64,000 nucleotides of DNA from the human T2T-CHM13v2.0 reference genome, Homo sapiens. The translations under genes were made by a program, and so were the position numbers. The notes under the pieces are model-generated. The model saw nothing but the letters and a program-made list of their open reading frames with translations. It was not told where the DNA came from and searched no databases. Within the stretch, counting starts at the first letter, position 1. Each line of letters opens with the position of its first letter. Below are positions 1 through 15,412 of this stretch, one piece after another. The DNA lies in assembly GCF_009914755.1 (NCBI RefSeq), contig NC_060938.1. One strand, given 5' to 3'.

Positions 1-1694
1 TTTTAGCCCTAACACAAAGGAAGTCTCTTCAGCCTTGGATGGTGGCAGTAACTGTGACCAGTAAAAACATGGGGGTGTGAGCCAGCCTTTTATCTCCTTC
101 TGCTCAGGAAACAGCTAGTGGAGATTTGAGAGCAGCAGGGTTTACAAAGCGACAAGGTAAGAATGCTGGGTCCCTCATGTTGAATGAAACACATAAAATT
201 GCCGATATTATTATTATATTTTTGATGTACACAAACAGCAATACATACGATTCAACCAGCTATGTGCAAGCACAAAGCTTAGCCAGTGGTTAGGCCAGGG
301 CTGATCAGTGACCAGAACAGGGCAGCAGCAACGTGTTCTATAGGAAAGAACTTCTAAAGTGGGAAGAGATGCGAGTGGGGCCGTGATCAGGGCGTGAATA
401 TGACAAGTAGGTGTGTAGAGCCGGGAGGAGTTGTCAGTGATTGCAATCATGCCTCAACCATGGCAAATTTCAGTTAAGGGCTCTGCACAACTCAAGCCTA
501 ACCTGGAATTCCTGACTTGGATTTAGTGACAAGCTGTGTTGTGAAAAGGGAAGCACAGAGTGGTCAGGGCTGGGGTTGCACCATTGCAGGCTTAGTGTAA
601 GGATCATACATCATAAATGTCCAACACCTGCTGGAATTCCTGGCACACAGTAAGTACTAAATAAATCACAGTATTGTTTGGCACTTCATTAGGTTACAGG
701 AAACTGCCTTGCTTAGGTAAAATGAAGGCAAGGGTGACTCATCTCCAAATATAGGGATGAAAAAGAAAGGTATAAAGCCCTGATTGGGAAAAGCAGAATC
801 AGGCTGGAGAATAGTTAATTCCTTAGTTACTGAACTTCCTCTTCTGGGGATGCGTGGGGAGAGGCAGCACCATCCACAGCACTATGGGAGAGTCACGGGT
901 CTTGCTCCAGATCACTTGGCCATTAAGAGCAGGGCCCTCCATGTGAAGCAGCCCCAGCCTGACAGGCTTGTGGTTTTCATCACAGGAGCCCAGAGATATG
1001 GTTCCACTCTGAAGCTGTAATTGTTCTGTTTAAGCTTTTTGATCATTAACAGGCCCGGGGGTGGAAGGTGTGTGTACTATGTGATCTGGGAGATGGGTCT
1101 AGTGAGAGAGGCCTCAGTACTGCCTACAGGCTGCTCCAAGACATGCCCAAGAGCCCTCTGCAGCCTGTACTGTAATTATTGTAGCTGCTCCAGCCCCAGA
1201 GTCCCACTGGCAAGTGATTTCACATGTAATTATCCTTGAGACCAGAAAGACTTTGCCCATCCTCCTCCCAGCCCTTCTTCCTCCCACTTCTTTTATTCTC
1301 CTTCACTTTCTACATTCCATCTTTCTTTCCCTTCATCTCCAAAACAAGTCCATAACGTCCACATCGGGATGCAGAGGAGTCAACCTCAAGGTCACCTTCT
1401 TCCCTGTCCTGGGGCTGCTCTGTCTTTGGAAGCAGCCTGTCATGTTCCCTGACATCATCAAAGAAAACCCAGATAATGACATTTCCCTCTACCTTCCTCC
1501 AGACAGTACTCTGACTTTCTATCTTTAGATCAACTGTTTCTTCCTAAAAGCTAATCCCGGGATTGGGGAGGGAATACAATTACTGCTGGGGGAACCTGAG
1601 CAAAACGCTGGCCCAGATAGGTCAAATGGCTGTGACATGTCCAGGATACTAATTACTTAACTAAAAACTAGTACATCATACCCCTGGTGAGGAA

Positions 1695-1900
1695 TTTAGA
1701 CTAGGCACTATGCTAAACGTTTTATATTGCATAATTGTATTCAATCCTCACAATAACCCTATAAGGTAGGTGCTATTATTAGCCATGTTATGTAAATGAG
1801 TAAAATGAAAGGTTAGATAACTTCCTCTAGTTCAGGTCACCAACAAGTAGCTGGGACTCCAAATCAGCCTGTCTGATAACAAGGCCACATATTTAATCAT
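1695..1900 (-). mobile_element. MIR SINE
   Basis: aatcctcacaataaccctataaggtaggtgctattatt matches the reverse MIR core. Confidence 0.75.
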
Positions 1901-2489
1901 GCTGCTCTATTACCCCCTGTGTATATATGGGCTTCCACTCACATCGCTGCTTTCACACTTCTGTTATTGGTGATTTTATTGTGGCAATGATGAGGCAAAC
2001 TTCTGTCTTGAACTCATCAAGACAGTGATAGGATCATCAAGCAGTGATAGGAGGGTAGGAGGCAAACCCGGACATGAACTCAATGCCTCCTACCCTCCCA
2101 TCACCGCTGCTCTCCTCTTGTCACAGACAGCCATAGCTTGGCTGCCCTTAGGTTGGCCTTGACATCTTCAGCTGTGCCCCAGCCAGGCCTGCCTCTCTTT
2201 GCAGAGGAAAGCAGGTAACATGCCTGCATTTTGGGATAAGCAGGTAACACACCTGTAGCTCAGGACAAGCTTTAAGGCACCGAGGAACTCCAGAGGGAAA
2301 GGGGATTTGGAGAATAGGCCCTTTTTTGTCTCCCTAGTCACAAAATGACTCTTAACTATACAGTGGGTCCTTGTTTTCCATGGCCTAGAGTTCAGCCATC
2401 GAAAAGGTCAAAAAGCAGAAATGAGCAATGCAGTTCATGGCTGCCCCTGCCTAGGCTGGAACTTCTGGGCAGTTGTTTAAGAACTATCT

Positions 2490-2791
2490 GGCCAGGCGCG
2501 GTAGCTCATGCCTGTAATCCCCGCACTTTGAGAGGCTGAGGTGGGTGGATCACGAGGTCAGGAGTTCAAGACCAGCCTGGCCAACATGGTGAAACCCCAC
2601 CTCTGCTAAAAGTACAAAAAATTGGCCAGGCATGGTGGCAGGTGCCTGTAATCCCAGCTACTCAGGTGGCTGAGGCAGGAGACTTGCTTGAACCTGGGAG
2701 GCAGAGGTGGCAGTGAGCCGAGATCGTGCCACTGCACTCCAGCCCAGGCGACAGTGCGAGACTCCGCCTCAAAAAAAGAAAAAAAAAAAAA
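2490..2791 (+). mobile_element. Alu (AluS, Sg-like)
   Basis: Full dimer with A-tail; TSD aagaactatc (2479-2488 / 2792-2801). Confidence 0.95.
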
Positions 2792-3139
2792 AAGAACTAT
2801 CAAGGAACCAGGGCTATGGAGATTGGAAGATAGAAGAGGAGGCCATTATAACAGCTGTAATGAAGTAACAAAACAGATTGGGGTATGTGGCTTAGAGAAA
2901 GTGGCCATTTATTTTTCAACCCTCATCTACTTGCAAACAGGAATTCAAAAGGTTTACAATTGGAACCCCTATATAACAAAGTTGTTGAATGAGCTCTGGC
3001 CTACTCCTGCCTTGAGAGCTGTGGGTCAGCGTCCTGAGGGCAAGTAGCACAGAGGTCGCTCTTCTATCAGTCCTTTGGACATAATTGTGAGGCCCTTGAC
3101 TTGCTATGGAATGCTGGAGTAGGCATTGTGCAGGTTGTA

Positions 3140-3563
3140 TGTATTAGTTTCCTATGGCTGCTGTGACAAATCGCCACAAACGTGGTAGCTTAAAACAGTA
3201 GAAATGTATTCTCCCCAACAGGTCTGGAGGCTAGAAGTCCAAAATCAAGGTATCAGCAGGACTGATTCCTTCTAGAGGTCCGAGAGGAGAATCTGTTCCA
3301 TGCCTTCCTCCAAGCTTCTGGTGTTTCCTAGCAATCCTTGGAGTTCCTTGGGTGCCTCACTCCATTCTTTGTCTTTGTCATCACATGGCCTTCTTGTAAG
3401 GATACCAGTCATAGGATCTAGGGCCCATTCTAATCTAGTATAACCTCATCATAACTATTAATGGTTACACCTGCAAAAGCCCTATTCCCAAATAAGGTAG
3501 TATCCTGTGGTTTGGAGTAGACATACATTTGGGAGGAGGAAGGACACTATTCAACCCAGTACA
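3140..3563 (-). mobile_element. MLT1 (ERVL-MaLR) solo LTR
   Basis: tgtattagtttcct..ggctgctg..acaaa..ctggaggctagaagtccaaaatcaagg is typical of MLT1B/C. Confidence 0.8.
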
Positions 3564-3841
3564 GCTTGCCAATGGCATTTTGGGCAGATCTCACATAAAA
3601 GAAATGAAAGAATTTGGGTTCCTCAAAAGGAGGACTCGAGTAAACCTGGGCTACTGGTTTCCAGTGGCGTGGGCAGTGGGAAGCAACACCTCCCTGAGCA
3701 GTATTCATGTCAGACTACATTGCACAGAAATGAAGCCCAAAGGAGCAAAGAAAGTCATGCAGAGAATTAAGGCAACTTCCCCCAAAACTCAGAAAGAGCA
3801 GGCACACTTCCCACATCCCGCCAACACCTCCACCAATTCAT

Positions 3842-3921
3842 GAGCATCTTACCAGAGAAATCTTAACCAGAGAAATTGGAGCATCTTAACAGAGAAATGT
3901 GAACATCTTACCTGAGAAATT
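3842..3921. repeat. Degenerate minisatellite, 4 x (gagc)atcttaMcagagaaat
   Basis: Read directly. Confidence 0.75.
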
Positions 3922-6299
3922 CAAATGATGAATTTGCAGGGGAAGTGTGCCACTCTGTCAATCAATCTTATACCCTCTCCCCACAAGACAACATAGAAAA
4001 CAGGCAAACAACAACAACAACAAAAACAACAACAACAAGTTCAGTCTTTTTTTTTTTCCCTCTCCCTTCTAACCCCCAGGAGGGCTGGAAAGACCAAGGG
4101 ATTTAGCCATGAGAAGAAAGGGGAGCTCTCTCAGCCTCCTACACACCCAAGAAAAATCCTGGGCAGACAGATCTGTATGGCAAAGAGCAGTGCAGGACCA
4201 AGAGAGCCCTCAGTTCCCCCAGAGTGGGCCCGTTCTGTCAGTGAGGACTCATTTCAGAGGCATTCGGAAAAGTGCTGTGCAGAACTGCGTCCAATCTGGG
4301 CTAAGCAGATTAGTTTCCTCCCAGGGAAAGGTTCTGGGCAGCTGAGCAGGGCAACTCCCTGTAGAGTGGCAGGGGGCTGTCATTACAAGGCCCAGATAGG
4401 ACATAATTACATGCTCCCTGGAGAGAAGGCTTAATTGAATTACAGGGTGTCTCCTGAGCATCAAAGGCAGCCCAGGCTCAGAGGTAGCTGAGCAGCACAG
4501 AAACACCCTCTGAAGAGCTGGTGCCCAGGCAGGCGTCAGGCTGTGGAGAGGCTCAGAGTTGCTCAGAGGGCTCTGTGGATATTGCTGAAGCTGGGACAGG
4601 AGAGGAGGAAGGGCTGAAGAATGCAAAATGGTGGGTGCTCCCTGGTCCTTACACCTGAGAGCCCAATTCCAGTCCCAGGTGTCCCTGGGCTTGCTGCAAC
4701 CTGGTGTGGCACATAAGCAGAAGAGGTTCCAGGAATTCACTCATTCATTCATTCATTCATTCTGCAGGCATAAATTGTGTCCTGGTGGTGTGTGAGGCAC
4801 CTTTACTAGAAATGGGGAAGAACCGGGTGCTGCTCTGGTCTAAGGACACAGCTTGCATGGGGATTTACTTACTCCTGAGGCCACCTTATACTTCCATCTG
4901 TGTGTGCCCCACAAGCTGAAGCTAATTCATCATTCCTGCTTAACAAGTCCTTCTGAATTGACTGGAGGAGGGGGTTGTGCAAGTCACTTCTAATGACGCC
5001 AAACTGAATCCCTGACAAAAAAACAAGAAGGGGGTGTTGCCTCTGTATGGCCACAGCCCTCAGTGGTTCCCCCTTCTATAGCAGCTAGCACATATGCTTG
5101 TCTTCCCTATCAACTGTGACCTCCCTGAGGACAGGGACTGTGCCTTTCTTCCCTGTGCTTAGCCCACAGTATGAGCTCCCCAAATGTCTGCCGATTATAC
5201 ATTGAGCGATAGACACTCACCCCTCTGCCTCCGCTCTCCTGTTGCTTCTGTCCTCCTTGGTCAACAGGGCTGGCATAGGCTCTCCTGGGGCTGCAGCTGA
5301 GCCCCTCCTGCTCTCATCTCATCACTGCCCCGTCTAGCCCTTGATCCTGGCTGCCCTCGGACACCATGGACATGGCATCAAAGGAGGTCCCCTGATCTGA
5401 AAACATGGTCCTGAGCCAGCCTCGCCCTGTTACCCAGGCAGCCGGCCAAAGCATCATCTGTCGGTAGTTGCTGGTGATGAAGTGACACAAACAAGAATCC
5501 TCTGCAGACCAGCTCAGGTGAGGGTGGGTTGGAGCCAGCAGTCAAGGATGGTGAATCCAGATTTCTGAGCTGGGCATTAAGGACTTTATTTGGCCCTTGC
5601 CAAACTCCCTGGGCCCAGTTACCCCTATGTTAAAAGGAAAGAAGCCAACTCCTTAAAGAAGAAACGTAGAATGCATTCTTAACTTCCTACATATGAGGAA
5701 AAGGGAGCCTGCTACTTCCAGCTTCATAACCTTATTCTCATGCTAAAATATGTAACACAATAGAAAGAATATGCAGTTTAAAATCAGAAGATCTAGGGCT
5801 AAAATTTTTTTGTATTTTTATTATTAAAGAAATGCATGCTCATGTTAAACATTTAAAAGTGCACAAAGTGTAAAGTAAAAGATTAAAAGTTGTCTTTCCA
5901 CCATTCGGACCGTCAGTCTCACTTCCCAAAAGAAATCACTCTTAGAGGTTCTTAACAATGCATTAATACAACATGCAGCCTTTCCACTCCACACCCAGCT
6001 GAACAACATATATGGCTCCCAAAGCCAACGCACAAGTGAGAATGGCTGCCTCTGCTAACCACTTGCCATGCTGGGTGCAAAATCTTTCAAAGCAAAAGGC
6101 CAGAGAAGTACCATGCAGTAGGAAAGGTATAGTCTGCTTAGGACTTAGTTCTTTGCACTTTTTCTCATCTGTACATATTTACTTCTTATTGCACTTTTTC
6201 AAGCACAATCTTATACTGTAATTTTATCACACCCTTAGATATAATTTAAAACATTATTCTTAATGGTTACATATGTTTTGTAAATACACTGAAATGATT

Positions 6300-6997
<698 letters not shown>

Positions 6998-9900
6998 AGA
7001 AGATCAAGGTTTTGATACTTACCCTTAAAACTCTGTGTTCGCGGGTAAATTACTTAATATTTCTTAGACCTAGAATCAAGTGATCATAGTAACCCTAATG
7101 GTATGACAAAATCCTTACATCTTTAAAAGTGGAATTCTATGTTTTCATACAAATATTAGAAGTTTTATTATGTAAGAAACATAACAACAATAGTAAGCTT
7201 TCTCAGAGGCCTGAATAACAGTGGTAAGGCCCAGGTAACCAAAGCTGTGCCCATTCTTTCCAGCATGTTCTGATCCCCTTACGGAGTTACCATCATCAAA
7301 AACAACTTTAAACAATGAGTGCCCAATAATTTCAAAGCATTTTACATCAGTTAAATGTCCTCTGACAGTCAGCCCTTGGCTGTGTTCATTTCTGTCTCTA
7401 CTCAACCCCCAAAATAGAAAGTTTATATTCTTCCAGCAGTCCACACAGGTTAATTAAAATGTTGTTTCTCTCTGCTTTGGCTATAATTACATTAACTCAT
7501 CATAATATCACTAGCTATCTTTTGCTGTATTTTATGAGAAAAAATAGAAATCCAATTATCAGCTAATAACCTAAAACATGGGTTCCACAGGGAGGGGCAG
7601 ACCATGAAAAAGGCCTGCGGTGGGGAGCTGGCTTGAGAACCACCTGTCTAGAGTACAAAACTCACTAGGTTAGCAGTGCTTCTGGAAGATTCTAGTCTGA
7701 TAAAGAAATTATCTGCTTCACCTGTCCAACAAGAATTTCTGTCCCTGTGGGTTCATCCAGGGAATAGAAAAAGCTTCTGTGTTATATGTAGGATAAAGAA
7801 AAGAGAGACTCAAAAAGGGTTTTCTTATTAGGATTGGCCCAGTATTGAAGAAATAGTGACAATAATTTCATTCTTATGCATCTCAGTGAAATGGAGACTC
7901 CTAGTTTCTTCACTCCATGCAGTTCTTTCTATCTTGAATCCCAGGACTAGGATTGGCAGATATTTGGCCTTTTCTTCTCACATCTACAACTGAGCGCAGA
8001 TACAGCCTCACAAGTCCTTTCCAAGATGGCCCCCTGGATGGCCACTACTCATTGACTGGAGCTGACACAAAAGGACGGTCCCTATTTTCCACCCCAGTCC
8101 TATGCAATGGGACATGAGCACCTGACACAACCATACACTGTGCCACATGTAGATGAGGATACTCCAGCTTCTGGGGATTTCCTGGAAAGGCATCAAGTTT
8201 GCAGCTCCTAGGATAAAGAGGGGGTGCCTGCTGGCTCTGGCTGAGTCCAGCAGATCAGCTGTCCAGCAGGGGAGGGGTGGGGAGGGAGAGCCTCAGGAGT
8301 ACTGTCATTCTATCCCTGGCAGGCATGAATGGCAGGGAAGCTTTCTGTCTTGCTTTACAGCACAGGCTGCTCTGGAAATCCAAACCCAGAAAGAGGCTTT
8401 GAAAGTGACTCAGTACCCAAATAGTGTACCTGAAAACGACGGAAGATTATCTTCTGACGCTAGTGTCCTGGAGAGGATAGATCAGAGAAAAAGTAAATGG
8501 GAAGAAATGACCCTGGTAGCCTTGAGATATGTGCCACAAGCATCATTCACTAAGAATGTTTTCTGTTGATCTGAGCAGAAGCCAGCTGAATCGTGGCTGC
8601 AGAGTCTATAGTGAGCTTGATGCATTTGGGCTGGGGGATTCTGAAGTGGCTATTTCTCCCATTCTCCAGCCTACCGCCCCAGTACAGGCCACTACAAAAT
8701 CAGTGCTCTCTCTGGGGTGTTGCAGACCTTAGAATGTGTGCCAGTTTGGAGTTGACAGGTGCCTGTCTCACCTGGGACTCCCTTCTAAGTGACTCTGTCT
8801 ACCACTTATAGATAAAACTGTTTAGATAGCTTATCATGGAATTCCCATGGCAATTTCAATTTCCCACTCCATCATTCAGTTATGACAGACCAGATGGGGA
8901 GGGGAAGAGGGTGGGAGAAGGGGGCACTTGACACAGGGCAACCAGCTCATATGTGGTCAGTGGTCTTTGACATGACCAGGTTAAAAAAAAATCAGATTTC
9001 TTCTCTTGAAAATTTAAACTAGAAGAATAGAAAGAGCTTTGTGGGTAGGAACAGAAAGCATATATGCAGAGAGGAGCCATGAGCTAGGACTTTGGGGTAC
9101 CATTGCAAGCTGCAAATAATAAAGAAGCCCATAGAGAGAAGCAGAGATGCCAGGAGACAGAAAACATGTCACCCAGGAGGGAGAGCACTGGAGACAGAAA
9201 GCGGTCTCTAGAGCTACCTCAGTCCCCAATGGCTTTCTGATGCCAGTCCCAATCTGTGCTGCATCCTTACAATTAAACCCTCTCGTTTTCACATACAGGC
9301 AGACAAACACTTCATAGTGAAGGCAAAAAGAGCACCACCATGAGTGGTTTGTTTCCTGGGAGATATCAGTCTTCCTGGTGCTATCATGAAGCTAGTTCGT
9401 TCTGGCTAAATGACAGGCTTTCTTAAGGGATCCTTTCATGGCACCTTCTTGATCATGCAAAGAAATCATAGATCAGAGAATAGACTGAAAGCAACCCAAG
9501 CACAGATGCCAATAGTGTGAAGGAAAAGACTATCTGGAGTAGGTTAAGATTTAAAGTGGAGACATGGCAAAAGGAATTGAGAAGGGAGGTGCTGAGTGCA
9601 AGGAGGAATGAAAGGAAACCCAGCATTAGCCTCTGCAGCACCTAGAGCACAAATAGAGAAAAAGTGGATGCAGCAAAGAATGTTTAGAAGAGACAGCAAA
9701 TGTAAGAAAATAGTGTACAAACATGAAGTAGGGTGTAAGAATGGAAATAATGTGAACAACAATGAAGATCCGCAGCCAGGGCTCGGTTAGCCCTTGTGAT
9801 GGTGGCAGAATACATCTGCATCCCCACAACTCAGAAAGACGTTTGGAGATAGAAGTGGGGTTGGTGAAGGTCATGTGGAATACATGGGGAGAAACCTAAA

Positions 9901-10645
9901 AGGTCGACAAATCAAGACCAAACAGCCTGGCAGAAGATGGACTGGTATGGAGAGATGGCAGTAGTAGTCATCCATAATCGACAATTTGTTTTGCAGCCAT
10001 ATTTGGAATATTAAGTTACTATTTGGATGTCACTTATTTTGAAAGTACCAACTAAAGAACCTACAATAGAGTGGTTTCTATACACTCCACAAATAACTGC
10101 TTCTTCATGAACCCTACCCACCAAAAGGTAACTGAATTGGGTCCAGGCAGAGTTAGTCAAGTTGCACCTATGTATGCTAATCCTTAGCTAGGAAGAGTAA
10201 GGATGGTTCCAAAATGACAACTGAACTTATATATATACACATATCCAGTTTTCAGAAAAACATATTTTTTCCATAATAAGTTCCACCACATTCAACTTTA
10301 AATTCTCCTCTGCTTATCCAAGTAATTTCTTACTTGGGTCCCCAGTAAGTGGTAGGAGTGGAAATATAATTCCTATGAATGATAACTCTCATGCCATCTG
10401 AAAATATTTGTCTAGTGCTTTCCTCCATGGTTATTTAGCAAAATCCTCAAAGCATTTGATTCTTGCAAAATGCTTCTAGAATGTGCAGAATTTAAATATG
10501 GGGCCGTGCTCTATTTGCAGATCAAGGAGCTCTCTTTCTTCAACTAACAATTATATGTCACTGGCTCTATGCCAGGTCTTCAAACTTTCTCAAACTGGGT
10601 TCTGGAAGCACAGCTTAGTTTCTCTTTTAAAAACCAACAATAAGG

Positions 10646-10951
10646 GGCCAGGTGCAGTGGTTCATACCTGTAATCCCAGCACTTTGGGAGGCCAAGGTGG
10701 CTGGATCACCTGAAGTCAGGAGTTTGAGATCAGCCTGGCCAACATGGCAAAACCCCGTCTCTACTAAAAATACAAAAATTAGCCAGGCATGGTAGCATAT
10801 GCCTGTAGTCCCAGCTATGCAGGAGGCTGAGGCATGAGAATCGCTTGAACTCGAAAGCAGAGGTTGCAGTGAGCTCAGATTATGCCACTTCACTTCACTC
10901 CAGCCTGGGCAACAGAGCAAGACTCTGTCAAAAAAAAAAAAACAAAAAAAA
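10646..10951 (+). mobile_element. Alu (AluS)
   Basis: Full dimer with A-rich tail. Confidence 0.95.
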
Positions 10952-11458
10952 CCCAAACACAAAACACTAAGGAAACATCTTGAATAAGTGAAAGACCACA
11001 GCTCTGACCTCTTCTACCTTCCTCCTGGAGTTGACAGGGCCTAGCTAAAGGGTGGAGAAGGAATGAGTGCTCATGTCCCATCCAAAAACCTTTGGGAAGT
11101 TGATGAAAAGTTGGACAGCCAGAAAGAGTCCTCCTCATTTACCTGCCTTGCTTTGCTCACCTTGCTGTCATTCTTTTGAGTGGATGAGGAAACTGGCCTT
11201 AAGACCCAGAAGAGTCCAGAGAAAGTAAGCTACGCCCATGGCAGGATCCCCACCTGTATCCCCTTATTATTGTTGCCTGAAGCTCCAATTAGCACCTTCC
11301 CAAGCAGTGCCCAGGAGAGCCTGCTTTGAGGATGAGACCCATTCATTTTTGAAGTGGCCATTCATGTGATCATCTCCAACCACAGTGTGTCTTTTTTAAC
11401 CCATGCTGACATTCTCCCCGATGTGCTCTCCAACTCTGCACCTCTGAGTTTTCTCATA

Positions 11459-12100
<642 letters not shown>

Positions 12101-12480
12101 ATTATTCTGGAGAGCAAACCAATGTGAGCAGACCAGGGCAGGGGCACTGGATACTCTGCTGCACATGGTGTGGGACTGACTTAGGTAGGAGAATTGCTGA
12201 TCCAGTGTTGTCAGGGGATACCGCATGCCTAGTCCCTAAAACAAATTAACCAGGAGGGCTCTGGACTTCCTGGAGAGTTTTGCAGATGTGATAGGGTCTC
12301 CACAGAACTTGGGGTGTTTTATGGATCCTGGAGTTGGAATATGTCATGCTTTGACATATTCTTTGACAGTCTCAGTAATTAAGAAGAAAAGAGACAAAAA
12401 AAAAAAAAGACATTTCATCATGACCTGGGGCCCTTCGGGACACAATAGCTAAAGCTTCTGCTAAAAAGTTTACATAGCAT

Positions 12481-12805
12481 GGTCGGGCACGGTGGCTCAC
12501 GCCTGTAATCCCAGCACTTTGGGAGGCTGAGGCTGGTGGATCACGAGGTCAGGAGATCGAGACCATACTGGCTAACATGGTGAAACCCCATCTCTACTAA
12601 AAAAAAAAAGTATAAATATATATTAGCCGGACGTGGTGGTATATATATATATAAATATAAATATATATGTATAATATATATATATTAGGCCTAGCTACTC
12701 GGGAGGCTGAGGCAGGAGAATGGCGTGAACCCGGGAGGCAGAGCTTGCAGTGAGCTGAGATGTGCCACTGCACTCCAGCCTGGGCGACAGAGCGAGACTC
12801 CATCT

Positions 12806-12837
<32 letters not shown>
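12481..12837 (+). mobile_element. AluY with an internal TA-rich replacement
   Basis: AluY diagnostics (gagatcgagaccat, ggctaac, aatggcgtgaacccggg, gagcttgcag); long A-tail; TSD aaaagtYtacatagc. Confidence 0.93.
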
Positions 12838-12841
<4 letters not shown>

Positions 12842-15289
12842 ACATAGCCTTCAATTATTCCTTTGGGCCTGGAAAGTGGGCAATTGTGGTTGAACAATCC
12901 TACTGGAAATGCCTCACTGTACTGCTAAGTATCCCCATTCAACAACTGGCTCAGAAATGGAGTCCCTTCTTCAAGACAAATCTGTGCCAAGTACATAGCT
13001 CCACTGAGGATTTCAGGAAGCCACAGTTGTAGTGGCTGACTGTCTACCTAAAGAGAAGGAGGACTTTTGCTACTGCCACTGAAGGCAGAAGGAAAGAGAA
13101 AGAGAGGGATGTTGGCCAAGGGAGAGATGTCACCACCTCTACTTGACTCTCATCCTCCATGAGCTTGCAGTCTTGTGACTCTCTCAAGCACAGAAAGGGT
13201 ATTCTAGAGGCAAATCATCTCCCTCTGTGGCCAGAAAGAGACTATCTTAAAACCTTGCTAAGCCAAAGAAAAAGAAAACAAAAAATCGATTGTGTTTTAG
13301 TTAAATTGGAGAATGTGCAAATTGTATCCTGGAACACTCCAGATTTTTATAGATTTTTACAGAAAGATTTCTTGGGGTTAAAACATTACAGAGAAAGCAT
13401 CCCTGGAAGGGAATGGTCTGCATTATTTTGAAAATTTTTATTATTTCATGGAACAAGGCCTAGCCTGAAGTTCACCAGCACTGCCTAAAAGATGTTCCAA
13501 CTATGCCTGTCACCTTTTCTCAATTCAGATAGAGAAAGACTTTTTAAAAAATTTCCGTGGGCTATTTTCCTTCCTGAACAGTTCAAGGTGAAACAAGAGA
13601 TTAAAACTAGTCCATAATATATTATTATTCTTAGTTAAGACATTAGTCACATAATACTCCCGGACTCACACTTCCAGAGCATCTTTTACCCAAGAATTGC
13701 CATATTCTTTTTGAAGTTAACATTTTATTGATGGATAAAAGTAAAATGGAGAAGCCTAAGATGGGAAAGGGCAGAGAGAACATTGAATAAGCAGCTTCTA
13801 AAGTCCTTTCAAACCCTCACTTTCTAACGTCCTTTCCAACTCTAACTTTCTATCATAGCTAGCCATGTAATCTTGGATAAGTTACCTTCCCTTTCTGAAT
13901 TTCATCTTCATAATTTAAAAAATGGGAGGTCAGATACCTTCGAGCTTTAACATTCTGATTTGGTTGGAGAACGTGCAGCACAGCCAACATGCTTTTTTTC
14001 TTTGAAGGAGGCCTGCACTATTTAATTATAATAGATCTTGGCATTTACATATTTGACATCTGTGGCTTTGACTATTCCCAGAGGCATCAAAGGTCCAAGA
14101 GCTGCAATAATCTGTTATTTTGCAAAGGCGTGCTGAGAGCCTGGGATATAGGAGCCAGTCACTTGTTTAATGAGTGAAATTAGTGTGCGGGCAGAACCCA
14201 TACCTCTGTGAGGTTTTGTCATTGCATGCTACAGTCTTAAAGGCCATAATTCTCAAGAAGTGACTATAGTGATGGTTGCAAAGGTGAGGATTCTTCTGGA
14301 TCATGAAGACATCAATAATATCCCTCTTAAATGTTAAGGTTTCATTGTAATATGGATGTAAATTAATCATGTACCTATCCCCACTTCACCTCTGTCACTA
14401 CTAAGTCCTTAATGAAGGTTAATTTAGAATCCTCAGTGGTACCACACACATTGCAGGGAGCTCTCATTGCTCCTTTATTCAATCCATCTCAGCCATACCA
14501 CTTCTCTCACGTTCCTTGATTTGTCTGTACCCTTTGATCCTCTCCACTTGACAGTAAGATCCTTGAGCGCTGAAATGTCAGCTTGTCTTATTCACTTATT
14601 TAACCCCAGTGCCTAGTAATGTAGCTAGTACATAGCAAATATCTAACAAATGTTTGTTGAATGACTGAACACCATCTACGAGAAGGCACTGTGCATTTTT
14701 CTCATACTTATATTTAGTATTCCCTTGAAGGATAGAGAATATTATTTCTGTTGTCCAACAAAAACCTGGTACTCAGAAAAGTGATGTGACTTGTTAAAAG
14801 TTACTGGTAAGTGATGGATTCACATCTGCTTTCATATTCCAAAGCTCGTGCTTTTCCATTCTTCCATGCTGCTAAAAGCACCTTTGAAGAAGTAAAGCAT
14901 AAAACCAAACATGTGAATTCGTGGATCCTATATTATTGATAGAGCACAGGCCTGGCCTCAACTTGATTATATTTAGGGGAGTATAGTGAGGGCAGATTTT
15001 CAATACTACCAGGCTTGGTAGGCAAATAAAGCTATACAAAGAGGGAGAGATTAGAAAGCAGATGTTCCAACTTTGTCCAAGTACCCTGAAGCTATCCATT
15101 TCGGTTTCCAGACTGGTGTGGCAATTAGCACAGCCTCTGGTTCTTGCTAAATTGGCGTTGAAAGTTGGAATTAAAGAGCAAACAATCATTATTCAATTAA
15201 GCAAGTTGTCTGAAAAACCACTTCTTTGCTGGGTCTCCTGGTTTGGTCAAGAGCTTCAGAACCTTTCACCTCTAAGTTGGGGCCCGCAG

Positions 15290-15412
15290 CATCCAGAACT
15301 TGTTAGAAATGCGGAATCTCAATCCCTCCCCTAGACCTCCTGGATCCTAATCTGCCCTTCAGTGAGATCCCTGGATGATTGAGCAACACATTAAAATTTA
15401 AGAACCATGACT
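15290..15412. mobile_element. MER5 (hAT-Charlie) fragment
   Basis: gaacttgttagaaatgc..aatctca..cccctagacct..aatctgc..ttaaaatttaagaacca. Confidence 0.7.

Noticed and set aside
2345-3047. Alu-derived ORFs here and at 10627, 12597, 23045, 36300 and 57890
   Set aside because: Typical Alu translation artefacts.
4109-4919. Cluster of 70-163-aa ORFs in intron 2
   Set aside because: No homology, codon bias or convincing splice structure recognisable.
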